Shown: positions 43,001 through 57,159 of the stretch, in pieces
Layout: every line of letters starts with the position of its first letter
How positions within the stretch are numbered: the first letter of the stretch is position 1
Assembly (NCBI GenBank): GCA_964016885.1
Contig: OZ024741.1
Span: 263,252,001-263,316,000 of the forward strand
Source of the DNA: Eledone cirrhosa
Taxonomy: Eukaryota
DNA length: 64,000 nt
Direction of reading: 5' to 3'
Made by a program: the position numbers and the translations under genes
The notes under the pieces: model-generated
The model's input: only the letters and a program-made list of their open reading frames with translations
What the model was told of the DNA's origin: nothing
Database searches by the model: none

Positions 43001-46000
43001 GTGGACTGTGTAGTGATATAGTGTTATGACCTACTACATGATTTGGAGTGGGTGAATGTGGACTGTGTAGTGATATAGTGTTATGACCTACTACATGATT
43101 TGGAGTGGGTGAATGTGGACTGTGTAGTGATATAGTGTTATGACCTACTACATGATATGGAGTGGGTGAATGTGGACTGTGTAGTGATATAGTGTTTTGA
43201 CCTGCTACATGATTTGGAGTGGGTGAATGTGGACTGTGTAGTGATATAGTGTTATGACCTTCACGTGATTTGGAGTGGGTGAATGTGGACTGTGTAGTGA
43301 TATAGTATTATGACCTGCTACATGATGTGGTGTGGGTGAATGTGGACTGTGTAGTGATATAGTGTTTTGACCTGCTACATGATTTGGAGTGGGTGAATGT
43401 GGACTGTGTAGTGATATAGTGTTATGACCTGCTACATGATTTGGAGTGGTTGGATGTGGACTGAGTAGTGATATAATATTATGACCTGTCACGTGATTTG
43501 GAGTGGGTGAATGTGGACTGTGTAGTGATATAGTATTATGACCTTCTACATGATTTGGAGTGGGTGAATGTGGACTGTGTAGTGATATAGTATTATGACC
43601 TGCTACATGATTTGGAGTGGGTGAATGTGGACTGTGTAGTGATATAGTATTATGATCTGACACATGATTTGGAGTGGGTGAATGTGGACTGTGTAGTGAT
43701 ATAGTATTATGACCTGTCACGTTATTTGGAGTGGGTGAATGTGGACTGTGTAGTGATATAGTGTTATGACCTACTACATGATTTGGAGTCGGTGAATGTG
43801 GACTGTGTAGTGATATAGTATTATCACCTTCACGTGATTTGGAGTGGGTGAATGTGGACTGTGTAGTGATATAGTATTATGACCTGTCACATGATTTGGA
43901 GTGGGTGAATGTGGACTGTGTAGTGATATAGTATTATGACCTGCTACTTGATTTGGAGTGGGTGAATGTGGACTGTGTATTGATATAGTATTATAACCTG
44001 CTACATGATTTGGAGTGGGTGAATGTGGACTGGCTAGTGATATAGTGTTATGACCTTCACGTGATTTGGAATGGGTGAATGTGGACTGTGTAGTGATATA
44101 GTGTTATGACCTTCACGTGATTTGGAGTGGGTGAATGTGGACTGTGTAGTGATATAGTATTATGACCTGACACATGATTTGGAGTGGGTGAATGTGGACT
44201 TTGTAGTGATATAGTATTATGACCTGCTACATGATTTGGAGTGGGTGAATGTGGACTGTGTAGTGATATAGTATTATGACCTGCTACATGATTTGGAGTG
44301 GGTGAATGTGGACTGTGTAGTGATATAGTGTTATGACCTACTACATGATTTGGAGTGGGTGAATGTGAACTGTGTAGTGATATAGTATTATGACCTGCTA
44401 CATGATTTGGAGTGGGTGAATGTGGACAGTGTAGTGATATAGTGTTATGACCTACTACATGATTTGGAGTGGGTGAATGTGAACTGTGTAGTGATATAGT
44501 ATTATGACCTGCTACATGATTTGGAGTGGGTGAATGTGGACTGTGTAGTGATATAGTGTTATGACCTACTACATGATTTGGAGTGGGTGAATGTGGACTG
44601 TGTAGTGATATAGTATTATGACCTGCTACATGATTTGGAGTGGGTGAATGTGGACTGTGTAGTGATATAGTATTATGACCTGCTACATGATTTGGAGTGG
44701 GTGAATGTGGACTGTGTAGTGATATACTATTATGACCTGCTACATGATTTGGAGTGGGTGAATGTGGACTGTGTAGTGATATAGTGTTATGACCTACTAC
44801 ATGATTTGGAGTGGGTGAATGTGGACTGTGTAGTGATATAGTGTTATGACCTACTACATGATTTGGAGTGGGTTAATGTGGACTGTGTAGTGATATAGTG
44901 TTATGACCTACTACATGATTTGGAGTGGGTGAATGTGGACTGTCTATTGATATAGTATTATGACCTGCTACATGATTTGGAGTGGGTGAATGTGGACTGT
45001 GTAGTGATATAGTATTATGACCTGTCACATGATTTGGAGTGGGTGAATGTGGACTGTGTAGTGATATAGTATTATGACCTGCTACATGATTTGGAGTGGG
45101 TGAATGTGGACTGTGTAGTGATATAGTGTTATGACCTACTACCTGATTTGGAGTGGGTGAATGTGGACTGTGTAGTGATATAGTATTATGACCTGCTACA
45201 TGATTTGGAGTGGGTGAATGTGGACTGTGTAGTGATATAGTATTATGACCTACTACATGATTTGGAGTGGGTGAATGTGGACTGTGTAGTGATATAGTAT
45301 TATGACCTTCACGTGATTTGGAGTGGGTGAATGTGGACTGTGTAGTGATATAGTGTTTTAACCTGCTACATGATTTGGAGTGGGTGAATGTGGACTGTGT
45401 AGTGATATAGTGTTATGACCTTCACGTGATTTGGAGTGGGTGAATGTGGACTGTGTAGTGATATAGTATTATGACCTGCTACATGATTTGGAGTGGGTGA
45501 ATGTGGACTGTGTAGTGATATATTATTATGACCTGCTACATGATTTGGAGTGGGTGAATGTGGACTGTGTAGTGATATAGTATTATTATCTTCACGTGAT
45601 TTGGAGTGGGTGAATGTGGACTGTGTATTTATATAGTGTTTTGACCTGCTACATGATTTGGAGTGGGTGAATGTGGACTGTGTAGTGATATAGTGTTATG
45701 ACCTTCACGTGATTTGGAGTGGGTGAATGTGGACTGTGTAGTGATATAGTATTATGACCTGCTACATGATTTGGAGTGGGTGAATGTGGACTGTGTAGTG
45801 ATATAGTGTTTTGACCAGCTACATGATTTGGAGTGGGTGAATGTGGACTGTGTAGTGATATAGTATTATGACCTTCACGTGATTTGGAGTGGGTGAATGT
45901 GGACTGTGTAGTGATATAGTGTTATGACCTACTACATGATTTGGAGTGGGTGAATGTGGACTGTGTAGTGATATAGTATTATGACCTGCTACATGATTTG

Positions 46001-46679
46001 GTGTGGGTGAATGTGGACTGTGTAGTGATATCGTGTTATGACCTACTACATGATTTGGAGTGGGTGAATGTGCTCTGTGTAGTGATATAGTGTTATGACC
46101 TACTACATGATTTGGAGTGGGTAAATGTGGACTGTGTAGTGATATAGTATTATGACCTGTCACATGATTTGGAGTGGGTGAATGTGCACTGTGTAGTTAT
46201 ATAGTATTATGACCTGCTACATGATTTGGAGTGGGTGAATGTGGACTGTGTAGTGATATAGTGTTATGACCTACTACATGATTTGGAGTGGGTGAATGTG
46301 GACTGTGTAGTGATATAGTATTATGACCTGCTACATGATTTGGAGTGGGTGAATGTGGACTGTGTAGTGATATAGTGTTATGACCTACTACATGATTTGG
46401 AGTGGGTGAATGTGGACTGTGTAGTGATATAGTATTATGACATGCTACATGATTTGGAGTGGGTGAATGTGGACTGTGTAGTGATATAGTGTTATGACCT
46501 GCTACATGATTTGGAGTGGGTGAATGTGGACCGTGTAGTGATATAGTGTTATGACCTACTACATGATTTGGAGTGGGTGAATGTGGACTGTGTAGTGATA
46601 TAGTATTATTACCTGCTACATGATTTGGAGTGGGTGAATGTGGACTGTGTAGTGATATATTATTATGACCTTCACGTGA

Positions 46680-48190
46680 TTTGGAGTGGGTGAATGTGGA
46701 CTGTGTAGTGATATAGTGTTATGACCTGCTACATGATTTGGAGTGGTTGAATGTGGACTGAGTAGTGATATAGTATTATGACCTGTCACGTGATTTGGAG
46801 TGGGTGAATGTGGACTGTGTAGTGATATAGTATTATGACCTTCTACATGATTTGGAGTGGGTGAATGTGGACTGTGTAGTGATATAGTATTATGACCTGC
46901 TACATGATTTGGAGTGGGTGAATGTGGACTGTGTAGTGATATAGTATTATGATCTGACACATGATTTGGAGTGGGTGAATGTGGACTGTGTAGTGATATA
47001 GTATTATGACCTGTCACGTTATTTGAAGTGGGTGAATGTGGACTGTGTAGTGATATAGTGTTATGACCTACTACATGATTTGGAGTCGGTGAATGTGGAC
47101 TGTGTAGTGATATAGTATTATGACCTTCACGTGATTTGGAGTGGGTGAATGTGGACTGTGTAGTGATATAGTATTATGACCTGTCACATGATTTGGAGTG
47201 GGTGAATGTGGACTGTGTAGTGATATAATATTATGACCTGTCACATGATTTGGAGTCGGTGAATGTGGACTGTGTAGTGATATAGTATTATGACCTGTCA
47301 CATGGTTTGGAGTGGGTGAATGTGGACTGTGTAGTGATATAGTATTATGACCTGTCACATGATTTAGAGTGGGTGAATGTGGACTGTGTAGTGATATAGT
47401 ATTATGACCTGTCACATGATTTGGAGTGGGTGAATATGGACTGTGTAGTGTATAGTGTTATGACCTGCTACATGATTTGGAGTGGGTGAATGTGGACTGT
47501 GTAGTGATATAGTATTATGACCTGTCACGTGATTTGGAGTGGGTGAATGTCGACTGTGTAGTGATATAGTGTTATGACCTGCTACATGATTTGGAGTGGT
47601 TGAATGTGGACTGAGTAGTGATATAGTATTATGACCTGTCACGTGATTTGGAGTGGGTGAATGTGGACTGTGTAGTGATATAGTATTATGACCTTCTACA
47701 TGATTTGGAGTGGGTGAATGTGGACTGTGTAGTGATATAGTATTATGATCTGACACATGATTTGGAGTGGGTGAATGTGGACTGTGTAGTGATATAGTAT
47801 TATGACCTGTCACGTTATTTGAAGTGGGTGAATGTGGACTGTGTAGTGATATAGTGTTATGACCTACTACATGATTTGGAGTCGGTGAATGTGGACTGTG
47901 TAGTGATATAGTATTATGACCTTCACGTGATTTGGAGTGGGTGAATGTGGACTGTGTAGTGATATAGTATTATGACCTGTCACATGATTTGGAGTGGGTG
48001 AATGTGGACTGTGTAGTGATATAATATTATGACCTGTCACATGATTTGTAGTGGGTGAATGTGGACTGTGTAGTGATATAGTATTATGACCTGTCACATG
48101 GTTTGGAGTGGGTGAATGTGGACTGTGTAGTGATATAGTATTATGACCTGTCACATGATTTAGAGTGGGTGAATGTGGACTGTGTAGTGA
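46680..48190. repeat. Imperfect tandem duplication of 14-15 monomers (offset 853 then 796 bp)
   Basis: ORF ends 47017/47813 and ORFs 47071/47867 are offset by 796. GACTGAG at ~46756/47609 is offset by 853, one monomer more. TTATTTGAAG and GATTTAGAG occur in both copies. Confidence 0.75.
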
Positions 48191-51100
48191 TATAGTATTA
48201 TGACCTGCTACATGATTTGGAGTGGGTGAATGTGGACTGTCTAGTGATATAGTGTTATGACCTTCACGTGATTTGGAATGGGTGAATGTGGACTGTGTAG
48301 TGATATAGTGTTATGACCTTCACGTGATTTGGAGTGGGTGAATGTGGACTGTGTAGTGATATAGTGTTATGACCTTCACGTGATTTGGAGTGGGTGAATG
48401 TGGACTGTGTAGTGATATAGTATTATGACCTGACACATGATTTGGAGTGGGTGAATGTGGACTTTGTAGGTATATAGTATTATGACCTGCTACATGATTT
48501 GGAGTGGGTGAATGTGGACTGTGTAGTGATATAGTATTATGACCTGCTACATGATTTGGAGTGGGTGAATGTGGACTGTGTAGTGATATAGTGTTATGAC
48601 CTACTACATGATTTGGAGTGGGTTAATGTGGACTGTGTAGTGATATAGTGTTATGACCTACTACATGATTTGGAGTGGGTGAATGTGGACTGTGTATTGA
48701 TATAGTATTATGACCTGCTACATGATTTGGAGTGGGTGAATGTGGGCTGTGTAGTGATATAGTATTATGACCTGTCACATGATTTGGAGTGGGTGAATGT
48801 GGACTGTGTAGTAATATAGTATTATGACCTGCTACATGATTTGGAGTGGGTGAATGTGGACTGTGTAGTGATATAGTGTTATGACCTACTACATGATTTG
48901 GAGTGGGTGAATGTGGACTGTGTAGTGATATAGTATTATGACCTGCTACATGATTTGGAGTGGGTGAATGTGGACTGTGTAATGATATAGTGTTATGACC
49001 TACTACATGATTTGGAGTGGGTGAATGTGGACTGTGTAGTGATATAGTATTATGACCTTCACGTGATTTGGAGTGGGTGAATGTGGACTGTGTAGTGATA
49101 AAATGTTTTAACCTGCTACATGATTTGGAGTGGGTGAATGTGGACTGTGTAGTGATATAGTGTTATGACCTTCACGTGATTTGGAGTGGGTGAATGTGGA
49201 CTGTGTAGTGATATGGTATTATGACCTGCTACATGATTTGGAGTGGGTAAATGTGGACTGTGTAGTGATATAGTATTATGACCTGTCACATGATTTGGAG
49301 TGGGTGAATGTGGACTGTGTAGTGATATAGTATTATGACCTGCTACATGATTTGGAGTGGGTGAATGTGGACTGTGTAGTGATATAGTATTATGACCTTC
49401 ACGTGATTTGGAGTGGGTGAATGTGGACTGTGTAGTGATATAGTGTTTTGACCTGCTACATGATTTGGAGTGGGTGAATGTGGACTGTGTAGTGATATAG
49501 TGTTATGACCTTCACGTGATTTGGAGTGGGTGAATGTGGACTGTGTAGTGATATAGTATTATGACCTGCTACATGATTTGGAGTGGGTGAATGTGGACTG
49601 TGTAGTGATATAGTGTTTTGACCTGCTACATGATTTGGAGTGGGTGAATGTGGACTGTGTAGTGATATAGTATTATGACCTTCACGTGATTTGGAGTGGG
49701 TGACTGTGGACTGTGTAGTGATATAGTGTTATGACCTACTACATGATTTGGAGTGGGTGAATGTGGACTGTGTAGTGATATAGTATTATGACCTGCTACA
49801 TGATTTGGAGTGGGTGAATGTGGACTGTGTAGTGATATAGTATTATGACCTGCTACATGATTTGGTGTGGGTGAATGTGGACTGTGTAGTGATATTGTGT
49901 TATGACCTACTACATGATTTGGAGTGGGTGAATGTGGACTGTGTAGTGATATAGTGTTATGACCTACTACATGATTTGGAGTGGGTGAATGTGGACTGTG
50001 TAGTGATATAGTATTATGACCTGCTACATGATTTGGAGTGGGTGAATGTGGACTGTGTAGTGATATAGTATTATGACCTGTCACATGATTTGGAGTGGGT
50101 GAATGTGCACTGTGTAGTGATATAGTATTATGACCTGCTACATGATTTGGAGTGGGTGAATGTGGACTGTGTAGTGATATAGTGTTATGACCTACTACAT
50201 GATTTGGAGTGGGTGAATGTGGACTGTGTAGTGATATAGTATTATGACCTGCTACATGATTTGGAGTGGGTGAATGTGGACTGTGTAGTGATATAGTGTT
50301 ATGACCTACTACATGATTTGGAGTGGGTGAATGTGGACTGTGTAGTGATATAGTATTATGACCTGCTACATGATTTGGAGTGGGTGATTGTGGACTGTGT
50401 AATGATATAGTGTTATGACCTGCTACATGATTTGGAGTGGGTGAATGTGGACTGTGTAGTGATATAGTGTTATGACCTTCACGTGATTTGGAGTGGGTGA
50501 ATGTGGACTGTGTAGTGATATAGTATTATGACCTGCTACATGATGTGGTGTGGGTGAATGTGGACTGTGTAGTGATATAGTGTTTTGACCTGCTACATGA
50601 TTTGGAGTGGGTGAATGTTGACTGTGTAGTGATATAGTATTATGACCTGCTACATGATTTGGAGTGGGTGAATGTGGACTGTGTAGTGATATAGTATTAT
50701 GACCTGCTACATGATTTGGAGTGGGTGAATGTGGACTGTGTAGTGATATAGTATTATGACCTTCTACATGATTTGGAGTGGGTGAATGTGGACTGTGTAG
50801 TGATATAGTATTATGACCTTCACGTGATTTGGAGTGGGTCAATGTGGACTGTGTAGTGATATAGTATTATGACCTGTCACATGATTTGGAGTGGGTGAAT
50901 GTGGACTGTGTAGTGATATAGTATTATGACCTGTCACATGATTTGGAGTGGGTGAATGTGGACTGTGTAGTGATATAGTATTATGACCTGCTACACGATT
51001 TGGAGTGGGTGAATGTGGACTGTGTAGTGATATAGTATTATGACCTGTCACATGATTTGGAGTGGGTGAATGTGGACTGTGTAGTGATATAGTATTATGA

Positions 51101-54100
51101 CCTTCACGTGATTTGGAGTGGGTGAATGTGGACTGTGTAGTGATATAGTGTTATGACCTGCTACATGATTTGGAGTGGGTGAATGTGGACTGTGTAGTGA
51201 TATAGTGTTATGACCTACTACATGATTTGGAGTGGGTGAATGTGGACTGTGTAGTGATATAGTGTTATGACCTACTACATGATTTGGAGTGGGTGAATGT
51301 GGACTGTGTAGTGATATAGTGTTATGACCTACTACATGATTTGGAGTGGGTGAATGTGGACTGTGTAGTGATATAGTGTTATGACCTACTACATGATATG
51401 GAGTGGGTGAATGTGGACTGTGTAGTGATATAGTATTATGACCTGCTACATGATTTGGAGTGGGTGAATGTGGACTGTGTAGTGATATAGTGTTTTGACC
51501 TGCTACATGATTTGGAGTGGGTGAATGTGGACTGTGTAGTGATATAGTGTTATGACCTACTACATGATTTGGAGTGGGTGAATGTGGACTGTGTAGTGAT
51601 ATAGTGTTATGACCTACTACATGATTTGGAGTGGGTGAATGTGGACTGTGTAGTGATATAGTGTTATGACCTACTACATGATATGGAGTGGGTGAATGTG
51701 GACTGTGTAGTGATATAGTATTATGACCTTCACGTGATTTGGAGTGGGTGAATGTGGACTGTGTAGTGATATAGTGTTTTGACCTGCTACATGATTTGGA
51801 GTGGGTGAATGTGGACTGTGTAGTGATATAGTGTTATGACCTTCACGTGATTTGGTGTGGGTGAATGTGGACTGTGTAGTGATATAGTATTATGAGCTGC
51901 TACATGATGTGGTGTGGGTGAATGTGGACTGTGTAGTGATATAGTGTTTTGACCTGCTACATGATTTGGAGTGGGTGAATGTGGACTGTGTAGTGATATA
52001 GTATTATGACCTGCTACATGATTTGGAGTGGGTGAATGTGGACTGTGTAGTGATATAGTATTATGACCTGCTACATGATTTGGAGAGGGTGAATGTGGAC
52101 TGTGTAGTGATATAGTATTATGACCTTCACGTGATTTGGAGTGGGTGAATGTGGACTGTGTAGTGATATAGTGTTATGACCTGCTACATGATTTGGAGTG
52201 GGTGAATGTGGACTGTGTAGTGATATAGTATTATGACCTGTCACGTGATTTGGAGTGGGTGAATGTGGACTGTGTAGTGATATAGTGTTATGACCTGCTA
52301 CATGATTTGGAGTGGTTGAATGTGGACTGAGTAGTGATATAATATTATGACCTGTCACGTGATTTGGAGTGGGTGAATGTGGACTGTGTAGTGATATAGT
52401 ATTATGACCTTCTACATGATTTGGAGTGGGTGAATGTGGACTGTGTAGTGATATAGTATTATGACCTGCTACATGATTTGGAGTGGGTGAATGTGGACTG
52501 TGTAGTGATATAGTATTATGATCTGACACATGATTTGGAGTGGGTGAATGTGGACTGTGTAGTGATATAGTATTATGACCTGTCACGTTATTTGGAGTGG
52601 GTGAATGTGGACTGTGTAGTGATATAGTGTTATGACCTACTACATGATTTGGAGTCGGTGAATGTGGACTGTGTAGTGATATACTATTGTGACCTTCACG
52701 TGATTTGGAGTGGGTGAATGTGGACTGTGTAGTGATATAGTATCATGACCTGTCACATGATTTGGAGTGGGTGAATGTGGACTGTGTAGTGATATAGTAT
52801 TATGACCTGCTACATGATTTGGAGTGGGTGAATGTGGACTGTGTAGTGATATAATATTACGACCTGCTACATGATTTGGAGTGGGTGAATGTGGACTGTG
52901 TATTGATATAGTATTATAACCTGCTACATGATTTGGAGTGGGTGAATGTGGACTGTGTAGTGATATAGTATTATGACCTGTCCCATGGTTTGGAGTGGGT
53001 GAATGAGGACTGTGTAGTGATATAGTATTATGACCTGTCACATGATTTGGAGTGGGTGAATGTGGACTGTGTAGTGATATAGTATTATGACCTGTCACAT
53101 GATTTGGAGTGGGTGAATGTGGACTGTGTAGTGATATAGTGTTATGACCTGCTACATGATTTGGAGTGAGTGAATGTGGACTGTGTAGTGATATAGTATT
53201 ATGACCTGCTACATGATTTGGAGTGGGTGAATGTGGACTGTCTAGTGATATAGTGTTATGACCTTCACGTGATTTAGAATGGGTGAATGTGGACTGTGTA
53301 GTGATATAGTGTTATGACCTTCACGTGATTTGGAGTGGGTGAATGTGGACTGTGTAGTGATATAGTGTTATGACCTTCACGTGATTTGGAGTGGGTGAAT
53401 GTGGACTGTGTAGTGATATAGTATTATGACCTGACACATGATTTGGAGTGGGTGAATGTGGACTTTGTAGTGATATAGTATTATGACCTGCTACATGATT
53501 TGGAGTGGGTGAATGTGGACTGTGTAGTGATATAGTATTATGACCTGCTACATGATTTGGAGTGGGTGAATGTGGACTGTGTAGTGATATAGTGTTATGA
53601 CCTACTACATGATTTGGAGTGGGTGAATGTGAACTGTGTAGTGATATAGTATTATGACCTGCTACATGATTTGGAGTGGTTGAATGTGGACTGTGTAGTG
53701 ATATAGTGTTATGACCTACTACATGATTTGGAGTGGGTGAATGTGAACTGTGTAGTGATATAGTATTATGACCTGCTACATGATTTGGAGTGGGTGAATG
53801 TGGACTGTGTAGTGATATAGTGTTATGACCTACTACATGATTTGGAGTGGGTGAATGTGGACTGTGTAGTGATATAGTATTATGACCTGCTACATGATTT
53901 GGAGTGGGTGAATGTGGACTGTGTAGTGATATAGTATTATGACCTGCTACATGATTTGGAGTGGGTGAATGTGGACTGTGTAGTGATATACTATTATGAC
54001 CTGCTACATGATTTGGAGTGGGTGAATGTGGACTGTGTAGTGATATAGTGTTATGACCTACTACATGATTTGGAGTGGGTGAATGTGGACTGTGTAGTGA

Positions 54101-57100
54101 TATAGTGTTATGACCTACTACATGATTTGGAGTGGGTTAATGTGGACTGTGTAGTGATATAGTGTTATGACCTACTACATGATTTGGAGTGGGTGAATGT
54201 GGACTGTATATTGATATAGTATTATGACCTGCTACATGATTTGGAGTGGGTGAATGTGGACTGTGTAGTGATATAGTATTATGACCTGTCACATGATTTG
54301 GAGTGGGTGAATGTGGACTGTGTAGTGATATAGTATTATGACCTGCTACATGATTTGGAGTGGGTGAATGTGGACTGTGTAGTGATATAGTGTTATGACC
54401 TACTACATGATTTGGAGTGGGTGAATGTGGACTGTGTAGTGATATAGTATTATGACCTGCTACATGATTTGGAGTGGGTGAATGTGGACTGTGTAGTGAT
54501 ATAGTGTTATGACCTACTACATGATTTGGAGTGGGTGAATGTGGACTGTGTAGTGATATAGTATTATGACCTTCACGTGATTTGGAGTGGGTGAATGTGG
54601 ACTGTGTAGTGATATAGTGTTTTAACCTGCTACATGATTTGGAGTGGGTGAATCTGGACTGTGTAGTGATATAGTGTTATGACCTTCACGTAATTTGGAG
54701 TGGGTGAATGTGGACTGTGTAGTGATATAGTATTATGACCTGCTACATGATTTGGAGTGGGTGAATGTGGACTGTGTAGTGATATAGTGTTATGACCTAC
54801 TACATGATTTGGAGTGGGTGAATGTGGACTGTGTAGTGATATAGTGTTATGACCTACTACATGATTTGAAGTGGGTTAATGTGGACTGTGTAGTGATATA
54901 GTGTTATGACCTACTACATGATTTGGAGTGGGTGAATGTGGACTGTGTAGTGATATAGTATTATGACCTGCTACATGATTTGGAGTGGGTGAATGTGGAC
55001 TGTGTAGTGATATAGTATTATGACCTGCTACATGATTTGGAGTGGGTGAATGTGGACTGTGTAGTGATATAGTATTATGACCTGCTACATGATTTGGAGT
55101 GTGTGAATGTGGACTGTGTAGTGATATAGTGTTATGACCTACTACATGATTTGGAGTGGGTGAATGTGGACTGTGTAGTGATATAGTGTTATGACCTACT
55201 ACATGATTTGGAGTGGGTGAATGTGGACTGTGTAGTGATATAGTATTATGACCTACTACATGATATGGAGTGGGTGAATGTGGACTGTGTAGTGATATAG
55301 TGTTTTGACCTGCTACATGATTTGGAGTGGGTGAATGTGGACTGTGTAGTGATATAGTGTTATGACCTTCACGTGATTTGGAGTGGGTGAATGTGGACTG
55401 TGTAGTGATATAGTATTATGACCTGCTACATGATTTGGAGTGGGTGAATGTGGACTGTGTAGTGATATAGTGTTATGACCTGCTACATAATTTGGAGTGG
55501 GTGAATGTGGACTGTGTAGTGATATAGTGTTTTGACCTGCTACATGATTTGGAGTGGGTGAATGTGGACTGTGTAGTGATATAGTATTATGACCTTCACG
55601 TGATTTGGAGTGGGTGAATGTGGACTGTGTAGTGATATAGTGTTATGACCTACTACATGATTTGGAGTGGGTGAATGTGGACTGTGTAGTGATATAGTAT
55701 TATGACCTTCACGTGATTTGGAGTGGGTGAATGTGGACTGTGTAGTGATATAGTATTATGACCTGTCACATGATTTGGAGTGGGTGAATGTGGACTGTGT
55801 AGTGATATAATATTATGACCTGTCACATGATTTGGAGTGGGTGAATGTGGACTGTGTAGTGATATAGTATTATGACCTGCTACATGATTTGGAGTGGGTG
55901 AATGTGGACTGTCTAGTGATATAGTGTTATGACCTGTCACGTTATTTGAAGTGAGTGAATGTGGACTGTGTAGTGATATAGTGTTATGACCTACTACATG
56001 ATTTGGAGTCGGTGAATGTGGACTGTGTAGTGATATAGTATTATGACCTTCACGTGATTTGGAGTGGGTGAATGTGGACTGTGTAGTGATATAGTATTAT
56101 GACCTGTCACATGATTTGGAGTGGGTGAATGTGGACTGTGTAGTGATATAATATTATGACCTGTCACATGATTTGGAGTGGGTGAATGTGGACTGTGTAG
56201 TGATATAGTATTATGACCTGTCACATGGGTTGGAGTGGGTGAATGTGGACTGTGTAGTGATATAGTATTATGACCTGTCACATGATTTGGAGTGGGTGAA
56301 TGTGGACTGTGTAGTGATATAGTATTATGACCTGTCACATGATTTGGAGTGGGTGAATGTGGACTGTGTAGTGATATAGTGTTATGACCTGCTACATGAT
56401 TTGGAGTGGGTGAATGTGGACTGTGTAGTGATATAGTATTATGACCTGCTACATGATTTGGAGTGGGTGAATGTGGACTGTCTAGTGATATAGTGTTATG
56501 ACCTTCACGTGATTTGGAATGGGTGAATGTGGACTGTGTAGTGATATAGTGTTATGACCTTCACGTGATTTGGAGTGGGTGAATGTGGACTGTGTAGTGA
56601 TATAGTGTTATGACCTTCACGTGATTTGGAGTGGGTGAATGTGGACTGTGTAGTGATATAGTATTATGACCTGCTACATGATTTGGAGTGGGTGAATGTG
56701 GACTGTGTAGTGATATAGTGTTATGACCTACTACATGATTTGGAGTGGGTGAATGTGAACTGTGTAGTGATATAGTATTATGACCTGCTACATGATTTGG
56801 AGTGGGTGAATGTGGACTGTGTAGTGATATAGTGTTATGACCTACTACATGATTTGGAGTGTGTGAATGTGGACTGTGTAGTGATATAGTATTATGACCT
56901 GCTACATGATTTGGAGTGGGTGAATGTGGACTGTGTAGTGATATAGTATTATGACCTGCTACATGATTTGGAGTGGGTGAATGTGGAGTGTGTAGTGATA
57001 TAGTATTATGACCTGCTACATGATTTGGAGTGGGTGAATGTGGACTGTGTAGTGATATAGTGTTATGACCTACTACATGATTTGGAGTGGGTGAATGTGG

Positions 57101-57159
57101 ACTGTGTAGTGATATAGTATTATGACCTGCTACATGATTTGGAGTGGGTGAATGTGGAC

